A DNA stretch of 17,406 nucleotides from assembly GCA_964388035.1 (NCBI GenBank), contig CAYLZE010000110.1, forward strand, positions 1 through 17,406. Reading direction: 5' to 3'. Below the pieces are notes generated by a model. That model was given only the letters and a program-made list of their open reading frames with translations. It was not told the DNA's origin and did no database searches. This DNA comes from an uncultured archaeon. Lineage in GTDB: Archaea > Asgardarchaeota > Lokiarchaeia > Sigyniarchaeales > SOKP01. The translations under genes and the position numbers were made by a program. Below are positions 1 to 7,098 of the stretch, piece by piece (the first letter of the stretch is position 1; every line of letters starts with the position of its first letter).

Positions 1-590
1 GTTTTTTTATTTTCCAAGTTCTTTATCTCTTGTTCCTTCATTATTACTTCTTTAATTTCTTTTTCTAATTCCGCTTGTTTTTTATTTATTCCTTCTTCAT
101 GCTTCTTAATCTTTTCAGGTGTATCATTATTTCGTAATGCTTTTAAATATTTTTTTCTCTTTTTTGCCAATCTTGTTCTCTCTTTCACTACATCCATTTT
201 CTCCCTGGAACGTTCGATTCTTGCATTAGCTATTTGCCTTTCTGAATCTGCGATATTTATCCTAATCCGGGATATATCTTCTTGTATTAGGGCAGTTTTT
301 TCATTAAAATTAGCATAATCCATATCATCCTTAAGATCTTGATCTGAAATTTCTAAAAATCCTTTTTTTCTTGCATTGGTTTTTAATTCTATTAATTTTT
401 TCTTTTTTTTCGCAAACTTTTTTTTAATTCTTATTAACTCCAAATCCTTTTCATATAGCAATGCCTTAGCATCAACTCTCTTAAGTTCCGCAAATGCCAT
501 TTTCTTCAAAAGGTTTGCTTCCTCTTTTTCGGCTGCTGCTAATTTTAGATCCTCTTCCATGCGTGATTCAATTACATCCAGATTTTCCAA
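1..590 (-). CDS. Highly charged coiled-coil protein, 3' end beyond the left edge (partial)
   Basis: Not in the ORF track. Open frame on - from TTG at 590 (GAGAGG 8 nt upstream; alternative ATG at 560) to the window edge: MENLDVIESRMEEDLKLAAAEKEEANLLKKMAFAELKRVDAKALLYEKDLELIRIKKKF...EKEIKEVIMKEQEIKNLENKK. K/E/L-rich, heptad-like, no stop in about 196 codons. Confidence 0.85.
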   Translation of the reverse strand, partial: MENLDVIESRMEEDLKLAAAEKEEANLLKKMAFAELKRVDAKALLYEKDLELIRIKKKFAKKKKKLIELKTNARKKGFLEISDQDLKDDMDYANFNEKTALIQEDISRIRINIADSERQIANARIERSREKMDVVKERTRLAKKRKKYLKALRNNDTPEKIKKHEEGINKKQAELEKEIKEVIMKEQEIKNLENKK

Positions 591-941
591 TTTTTTAACC
601 TCTCAATATCTTTTATTATTTGTTTAATGTTAAATTATAACGATTATCTATTTATTAAAAAAAAAGTTTCATTTAAAAGTATTTACTTTAAAATGAAGGC
701 GAGAGTTCTTGATACTGACTCCTTCTTTTTCCATTTCAATATTATAATTTTTCATTATAATACATCTAAAATTTATTAAAAAGCATGCTGAAACCATGGT
801 TTTAAATAAGGAAAGAAGTATATTTTCAAGAAAAGATAGACTATATGATTAAAACCAGTTTTAGGGAAAAAGCGAAATAGTTTGATTGTAAGAAGGGCAG
901 AGATGTAAATAAATATATAATTACAAAATTAGAAATTAAAT

Positions 942-1196
942 TTAATCTAATCCTTTATGTTTCTGTAAAAAGGATTTAACTTCCTTAGTACTCGTGTTAA
1001 ATAGTTCAGCGATTACTTGGAGGGACATTTCTTGATCCATTCCCATCCCGATATAATCCTTATATAGTTTTATCCACGTCTGTTTTTTTTCATATTCTGC
1101 AGGATGCTCCGTTTGCACGTGGGACCAATAGGGTTTATCAATTTTTTTCCCGCAGAATGGACAAATGTTAGAAGACATTTCTGGGTCAGAAGTCAT
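942..1196 (-). CDS. Small C2H2-type zinc-finger protein with C-terminal helical (HTH-like) segment
   Basis: CPFC-x10-H-x4-H (CPFCGKKIDKPYWSHVQTEH), then helices ending in IAELFNTSTKEVKSFL. GAGTG upstream of ATG. Confidence 0.75.
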   Translation of the reverse strand: MTSDPEMSSNICPFCGKKIDKPYWSHVQTEHPAEYEKKQTWIKLYKDYIGMGMDQEMSLQVIAELFNTSTKEVKSFLQKHKGLD

Positions 1197-1432
1197 GGTT
1201 TCACACTCATTAGGGGTGGTAGATATAAAGTCTTAATGAATCGTAATTTCAATAATTATTAACTAAAAACATTTTTTATATTATTAAAATAAACGAACAG
1301 AAATAATTTAAGCTTTTACTTTTAGATTTTCCATGTAATCAGTAATATTTTTTTTTGAGAGAAGAGAATATTTAAATAAATTGGAGTAAAGATTCAATAT
1401 ATTAAATAACAAAATAGATAAAAATTTGGAAG

Positions 1433-1957
1433 TTGAGTAATGTGAGTGTGGATATAAATAAGAGGTTTGACAATAAAATTGAAGAATTAAAGGATAAATT
1501 ATCTAAGATGAAAGAGGGCGTCAATTGCGCCGAATTAACGCTTACCAATATTTTAGACGTTTTAGGAGTGGATAATGGGTTATTTCATAATCTTATTATT
1601 CCTTTAGCGGGAGGTTTTGGAGGATATAAATCTAAAGAGGGATGGCAAGGGGCATGTGGGGCAGTTTGTGGAGGTTGTGCTGCATTGGGATTGATTATGG
1701 GAGGAGACAAAAGAATGAACGATGAAATGATCCCTATTGCATATTTAAAAGCCCTTAAATTCGCAACAGATTTTGAAAATCAGTTTGGATCCGTGGTGTG
1801 CTCAAAACTCTGCGGATTCGACTTTAGTAAACCAGAAGGGTTCATAGAATATCGAAATAGTGATGCTTGGGAAAAAAAATGCAGTAAATACGTAATTTGG
1901 GCAATAGATCACGTAAGGACGATGAGTAAAAAGGAATTAAAGAGAAAATGGAAATAA
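1433..1957 (+). CDS. C_GCAxxG_C_C family putative redox-active protein
   Basis: Family motifs NCAE, GFGG, GACGAVCGG, FGSVVCSKL and C-terminal KKCSKYV. TTG start. Confidence 0.85.
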   Translation: MSNVSVDINKRFDNKIEELKDKLSKMKEGVNCAELTLTNILDVLGVDNGLFHNLIIPLAGGFGGYKSKEGWQGACGAVCGGCAALGLIMGGDKRMNDEMIPIAYLKALKFATDFENQFGSVVCSKLCGFDFSKPEGFIEYRNSDAWEKKCSKYVIWAIDHVRTMSKKELKRKWK

Positions 1958-2035
1958 GTAGCAAAAAATTAAGATTCATTTACAATTTATCTTTAAAATA
2001 AATATTAAATTATAGAAAGAAGTCGAATAAAACTC

Positions 2036-2725
2036 ATGAGTAATAAAACAATTTGGAATTTTTTTAAAGGAACTGCTACTAAAAAGCAACATGGAATTAT
2101 TATTTTCTTGGTTTTATTAGTGTTAGCCATCATGTGGTTAACTGCGCAAGCTTTATTTAATGGACATTATTCACCACTCAATAATACCATTAGTAATCAA
2201 GGAAGAACGGACTATAATCCCAGAGGTTTTTTCTTTTTTACGATTGGCTGTGCTACAGCGGGATTTTTCTTAATTTTTCATTTCCTTTTTCTATATCGAA
2301 ATTATTCTCCTACCCTTATTTGGATTCTCAGGCTCTTCATGATCTCTGGAATTGTAGGAGGAATAGCTTTCATGTGCGTGGGATTTGTTCCCGGAAATCT
2401 TAATAAACCAGTCCATGGGTTTTTTGCAGAATTAGCATTTGGATCTTTTTACGTGAGTGCTTTTTCCCTCTTGATAGTAATGTTGCGAAAGTTACAATTA
2501 AAAGAATCTTGGCCTACACCAAAAAGAGTGATTGGAATTTATACTCTTTTCATTGTTCTCTTGCTATTGGTCATTATAATGCCTAATTTAGATTCTCTAG
2601 CTACTGTGTGGAATGTGGATCCCCGTCTTTTTGACTGGCCGATTTGGCAATGGACGGCTTTTTTCAATATTTTGATATGGCTGGTACTGGTATATTTAAT
2701 AATACCTAAACAAAACTCGGAATAA
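2036..2725 (+). CDS. Polytopic membrane protein, DUF998 (Frag1/DRAM-like) type
   Basis: About 6 hydrophobic segments. Motifs YSPLNNTISNQG, VGFVP and H in PVHGFFA match the Y..ISxLG / GxFP / H pattern of DUF998 proteins. Confidence 0.7.
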   Translation: MSNKTIWNFFKGTATKKQHGIIIFLVLLVLAIMWLTAQALFNGHYSPLNNTISNQGRTDYNPRGFFFFTIGCATAGFFLIFHFLFLYRNYSPTLIWILRLFMISGIVGGIAFMCVGFVPGNLNKPVHGFFAELAFGSFYVSAFSLLIVMLRKLQLKESWPTPKRVIGIYTLFIVLLLLVIIMPNLDSLATVWNVDPRLFDWPIWQWTAFFNILIWLVLVYLIIPKQNSE

Positions 2726-3115
2726 GTATCTCCTTATTTTTCTTTCTTATTATATTTATTATTAATAAATGTCACTTTAATTAAAAAAGAAAATATGCTA
2801 TATTTCAATTCAATTCTCCTCTGTTATCTCCCTAAATTCTCAATTAGATAGTTCTTACCATCATTAACTCCATTATAGAGTAGATTTCCGAATTCTCTTA
2901 AAGCTAACTAATTATCCGTATTTATTTCATTCTCCCCCCATAATGAAATAGAAAGAATAGTGTCATTAACCAATGAATATGAACATTTCCTTAAAACATG
3001 GAGAAAGGGTGAATAATTTTAATAAGTTCTTAATTTTCCAATTTATTGTTATAAAGAAAGCCAAAATATAAATGTAGATTGAGCTTATTAAGAAACAAAC
3101 AAAAAAGGTTAAAAA

Positions 3116-3574
3116 ATGGCAAAATTAACTCTAACGAGTAAAGCATTTAAAAATGAAGAAGAAATTCCCATTAAGTATACCTGCCAAGGTGAAAGCATTA
3201 ATCCACCATTAAATATATCTAATGTGCCAGAAAAAACCCAGAGTTTAGCATTAACTACGATTGATATCGATCCTCCCATCGGGAAGACCATTACTCACTG
3301 GATTTTGTGCAACATGGAACCTACCACACTAGAAATTCCCGAAAACGCTTCCTTAGAAGGGATTATTGTTGGTAAAAATATGAGAAGACAAAACAAATAT
3401 ATGGGTCCATGCCCTCCAAAAGGGTCTCATCGTTATGTATTTACCTTATATGCTTTGGACACGAAATTATCGGTAGATTCGAAAGTAAATAAAAAAACTC
3501 TTCTAAAGGCCATAGAAGGACATGTCCTTGAAAAAGCAGAGTTAATAGGCACATATACAAAAAAGAAAAAGTGA
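3116..3574 (+). CDS. YbhB/YbcL family PEBP (Raf kinase inhibitor-like) protein
   Basis: LTSKAF, IPIKYTCQG, PPL, DIDPP, THW, GPCPPKGSHRYVFTLYALD. Confidence 0.95.
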   Translation: MAKLTLTSKAFKNEEEIPIKYTCQGESINPPLNISNVPEKTQSLALTTIDIDPPIGKTITHWILCNMEPTTLEIPENASLEGIIVGKNMRRQNKYMGPCPPKGSHRYVFTLYALDTKLSVDSKVNKKTLLKAIEGHVLEKAELIGTYTKKKK

Positions 3575-3737
3575 AACTTATCACCAGTAGCTAATGCAAT
3601 ACCTTATTTTATATTAGACACAAATTTCTAAAAATAGAGCTTTTAGACCTTTGTTTTAAAATAATTCATGAAAAAATCTTAAAAGATCATCGTACATAGA
3701 AAAAAAGAAAATAGATATTGAATTATTATTCATAATC

Positions 3738-4412
3738 ATGACCAATTTTATTCTCCACATTGTTTATGATGATCGATGTGCGAAACCTGATTTTCTATCA
3801 GGATTTGGATTTTCCACCTTAATATACAACGCTTATAGCAAAGAGTTTTCGCTTTTTGACACGGGAGGGAACGGTGATTCTTTAGTATATAATATAGAAA
3901 GATTGGGAGTCAAAATCAGTGAGATAAAAAGAGTTATTATTTCCCATAATCATCATGACCATGCGGGGGGCCTAAGCAAGATTATTCAATTAAATCCCCA
4001 AATCCTAGTTTATGTGCCTCATGCTGCACTTGCTTCCTTTAAGCATGTTTTTCCAGATGCAAATATACAAGGAATCTCAAAATTCTTAGAAATGGAACAA
4101 GGCATGTACAGCTCGGGAGAATATGGAGCGAATTTTACCGAACATTGTCTTTATTTACAATTAGATTCAGGAGAGCTCATAATACTGGTAGGGTGTGCAC
4201 ATCCGGGATTAGAAAACTATATTATAAAAGGTCGCGAAATGGGAAAGATACGGGCGATTATCGGGGGATTTCATGGATTTAACAAGTTCTCATTTTTAGA
4301 AGGGATTGAATTTATAGGAGCTTGTCATTGCACGGCTAAAATGAAAGAAATTGCCAAGAGATTTCCCGACCAGTTCAAGAGAATATGTGTGGGGGATAGC
4401 ATTTCATTTTAA
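3738..4412 (+). CDS. MBL-fold metallo-hydrolase (COG1237-type, often annotated as dihydropteroate/methanopterin-related synthase)
   Basis: LFDTG, SHNHHDHAGG (HxHxDH), GCAHPG, GGFH, HCT. Confidence 0.9.
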   Translation: MTNFILHIVYDDRCAKPDFLSGFGFSTLIYNAYSKEFSLFDTGGNGDSLVYNIERLGVKISEIKRVIISHNHHDHAGGLSKIIQLNPQILVYVPHAALASFKHVFPDANIQGISKFLEMEQGMYSSGEYGANFTEHCLYLQLDSGELIILVGCAHPGLENYIIKGREMGKIRAIIGGFHGFNKFSFLEGIEFIGACHCTAKMKEIAKRFPDQFKRICVGDSISF

Positions 4413-4601
4413 ATCCTCTCTTATCTCTCCGTTAGGAAGCATGTTATCGGGATGATAAACCCCGTTGCTCTCCAGTTGATATCTTTTACAATTTTTATTC
4501 CCGATTAAACAGTAATTTTCAACCCATTCACGCTCCAGCTTGCCTTGATCCACGAAATATTTTATTGGGCATACATAATACCATTTACAAATCTTACTCA
4601 A
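4404..4601 (-). CDS. Small Cys-rich metal-binding protein
   Basis: TTG start with GGAGAGG upstream. Pattern C-x5-CP...W..NYC...CKRY...HPDNMLPNG. Convergent 9-bp overlap with the MBL gene. Confidence 0.75.
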   Translation of the reverse strand: MSKICKWYYVCPIKYFVDQGKLEREWVENYCLIGNKNCKRYQLESNGVYHPDNMLPNGEIREDLK

Positions 4602-4794
4602 TTTTAATATCCTCTCCGGTCAATAGATTTTTAAATATCAAATCTTAATTTTCTTTTCTTATCAAGTAAGGAAAATTAAAAAAGGTATATTTATATGTTA
4701 ATTGTAAGTTAGTTTGGATTTCAATTTTATTCAAGAAATTTTTTAAGTAGTTTCTAAAGCATAAAGCTAAAACATATTCATCTGTTGAGCATAC

Positions 4795-5229
4795 TTGAAA
4801 GAATTGTTCGAAGTGGGCATCGTTTTTCGAGGATTTGTCCTTGTAAATCATGTTTTTCGGAATTTGTCGAATGTAAGTGAGAAGAAGCAGTCAATTGATG
4901 ATTTAAGGGGAGCGTTTATCTCCGCCATTAGTTCTTTTATAGAAACAGCATTTTGCGACAATACATTGGAATATTTAGAATCCGGTAATATTTTATTTAT
5001 TTTCAAGGTAGGATGCGCGGAATCCCAAGATTCAAAACAGCCAGAACCCATTATTCTATTTGGATTAGTGGAGAAAACTAAGAAAAAATCAGATAAATTA
5101 GTAAGAAAATTCATGGACAAGGTGGACCCCGTCTTGCAAACATTTGTAATGCGGTATAAAGATGCCGATTTCTCTGAGTTAGAACAATTTGAACCATTTA
5201 AAGAAACATTGAAACAATACTTTATCTAA
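4795..5229 (+). CDS. Stand-alone longin-like domain protein
   Basis: Predicted beta-beta-alpha-beta-beta-beta-alpha-alpha order: EVGIVFRGFVLVNH, DDLRGAFISAISSFIETAF, LEYLESGNILFIFK, IILFGLVE, then a long helix ending F...Y and FEPFKETL. The DL.(G/S)(A/G)F.SA..SF helix is typical of Asgard longin domains. Confidence 0.7.
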   Translation: MKELFEVGIVFRGFVLVNHVFRNLSNVSEKKQSIDDLRGAFISAISSFIETAFCDNTLEYLESGNILFIFKVGCAESQDSKQPEPIILFGLVEKTKKKSDKLVRKFMDKVDPVLQTFVMRYKDADFSELEQFEPFKETLKQYFI

Positions 5230-5263
5230 TGCAAAGAAAAGGAATTTAAAAATTTCTAAACTT

Positions 5264-6787
5264 TTATTCTTTTGAAACAGTCGGTTCTTTTTCATTATTA
5301 TTCACTTTCATTTTTTTTTCTAATTCCTCATCTTCCACCAACTCGATGTTCTCGCGATTGGATTCTTCTTCCATTTCGAATTGAACGATTTTTTCTCGTT
5401 CCGTTAATTGATTTTTATTATCCGTGCAGGATTCTTTAGGTTTTAACATTGTCTCATTGATATCGGGAGTTAATTTCCATACTGAGACATTTAAATTTTC
5501 TTGCAAGATTATCTTCTCCTCAATCAATTGTTCAATTTCCGTCAGTATCTTTTCCGCCTTATATCCGATGGCAATTAATTCATCCAATAAAAGTTCTTTA
5601 CTCAAGTAAAAATTCCTTTCCTTGAACAATTTCACGACGTGCTCTCTTATATTCGTTGGAATCGCTTTAATTTCCATTTTTATGGGTTCACTAAGTTTTC
5701 TCTGTGTTGGTAGAGGAACTTTCTGAGGAACTTTCAGCGAAGGTTTCTTTCCATATTCATAATCAATTACGTTTCGAAGAGTTCTGTCATATCCTCCGAA
5801 AATTAAATTAATTGAATCCTCTTCGGGGTCTTCAATGGTGCATATACTTTTTATGGAGGTAGAGACTTTAGTTTTCCATTTTAATTTAAAATGCTTAGAT
5901 TTAACATGAGTATTGTGATATACGCGCAGGGTTCCGTCCGCACAGCCAGCAATAATTTCTTTGGCATTATCGCCATCAATATCATCCACTATGATGGCTA
6001 AAGGACGAGAGAGGGAAATAGATTTCCCGTTAAATACCCGAATGTATCTAATATTATTCCCTTCCGCATCTAAAATTTTGATGAACGAATCATTCGTGCT
6101 CACCACAATATCATTAAATCCATCATTTGTCACATCCCCTACAGTAATTACATTAATCATTTCTTCAAGATCTCTCTGCCAAATAATATTTGGTAGAAAA
6201 CCCTTCTTTTTCTTTTCAATTGTGAGTAATTGCAAGTGACCATTTTTCGTTCCTACTAATAATCCTTGAATGGGTAGCTTCATATCGGGAAGCTTTAATG
6301 TTCCACAAGTACATTGCGTGACCCAAGAATCATAATATAAGGTAAAAGTAGGCTCATTAGAAGTAATATCCATGAAAATTTTTAAGGTTTTATCCGCACA
6401 ACCAAAAATTAATTCATAATTCCCATCACCATTCAAATCTCCTGCAGTGCAACATGTTACCATTCCATCTGCTATATATCTCATGATGGCAACAAATTTT
6501 TCCTTCTCTTGATCAAATTTTAACACCATGCAACTCCCATCCCCCGAACCTACCAGCACCTCATCACAGCCGTCTCCATCTAAATCAACGGCATGGATGC
6601 ATCTCACCCATCCATCAAAAGTAATATCACAGATCATGTTAAGTTCTAAATCCATGAGATAAAGGCATTTATCATGTCCTCCGAAAATTAGTCTCATCTC
6701 CTCCCTACATTTCATAACGGAGCAAGCCATTATTGCATCGGGAGCTTCAAACACCCATTTTAACTGGTATCTTTTTTGTAATGACAT
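5264..6787 (-). CDS. 7-bladed beta-propeller with FG-GAP/calcium-blade motifs, a winged-helix-like domain and an acidic tail
   Basis: Seven repeats (LIFGGHDKCLYL, VLVGSGDGSCMV, LIFGCADKTLKI, LLVGTKNGHLQL, IVVSTNDSFIKI, IIAGCADGTLRV, LIFGGYDRTLRN). Four are preceded by DxxGDG-type motifs (DLDGDG, DLNGDG, DVTNDG, DIDGDN). No signal peptide. Confidence 0.85.
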   Translation of the reverse strand: MSLQKRYQLKWVFEAPDAIMACSVMKCREEMRLIFGGHDKCLYLMDLELNMICDITFDGWVRCIHAVDLDGDGCDEVLVGSGDGSCMVLKFDQEKEKFVAIMRYIADGMVTCCTAGDLNGDGNYELIFGCADKTLKIFMDITSNEPTFTLYYDSWVTQCTCGTLKLPDMKLPIQGLLVGTKNGHLQLLTIEKKKKGFLPNIIWQRDLEEMINVITVGDVTNDGFNDIVVSTNDSFIKILDAEGNNIRYIRVFNGKSISLSRPLAIIVDDIDGDNAKEIIAGCADGTLRVYHNTHVKSKHFKLKWKTKVSTSIKSICTIEDPEEDSINLIFGGYDRTLRNVIDYEYGKKPSLKVPQKVPLPTQRKLSEPIKMEIKAIPTNIREHVVKLFKERNFYLSKELLLDELIAIGYKAEKILTEIEQLIEEKIILQENLNVSVWKLTPDINETMLKPKESCTDNKNQLTEREKIVQFEMEEESNRENIELVEDEELEKKMKVNNNEKEPTVSKE

Positions 6788-7098
6788 TCACTTAAACGAT
6801 TCGTTTGCATTTTTGTTATTTTTTATTAATACAAAATAATTATACTGTGACTTTAAAAATACATAAAAATTAGCCAATTTAAATTAACCGCATTCAATCT
6901 TTAATAGTTATTTATAATCTAGCAATTTAATCCCATTTAAAAAATAAAAATGTTCTAAAGTAGCATAATTTTCTTCACAATGAATAAAATGCTTGAATTA
7001 AATAAGATCATGGCCATGAAAATTATTTTAAAATCTTAACACCACGCAATAATAAAAAATAAAATTAGAAAAAAATAAAAAATTGATTTGAGATAAAT

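Noticed and set aside
376-627. 83-aa + strand ORF rich in F/S/L
   Set aside because: Antisense shadow of the K/E-rich coiled-coil gene on the - strand.
690-740. ATGA-led hairpin resembling a SECIS element
   Set aside because: Weak bulged stem, no properly placed GA/AA motifs, and no in-frame TGA selenoprotein candidate nearby.
4645-5120. Minus-strand ORFs 4645-4851 and 4848-5120
   Set aside because: They overlap or oppose the longin gene and its promoter, and show no motifs.
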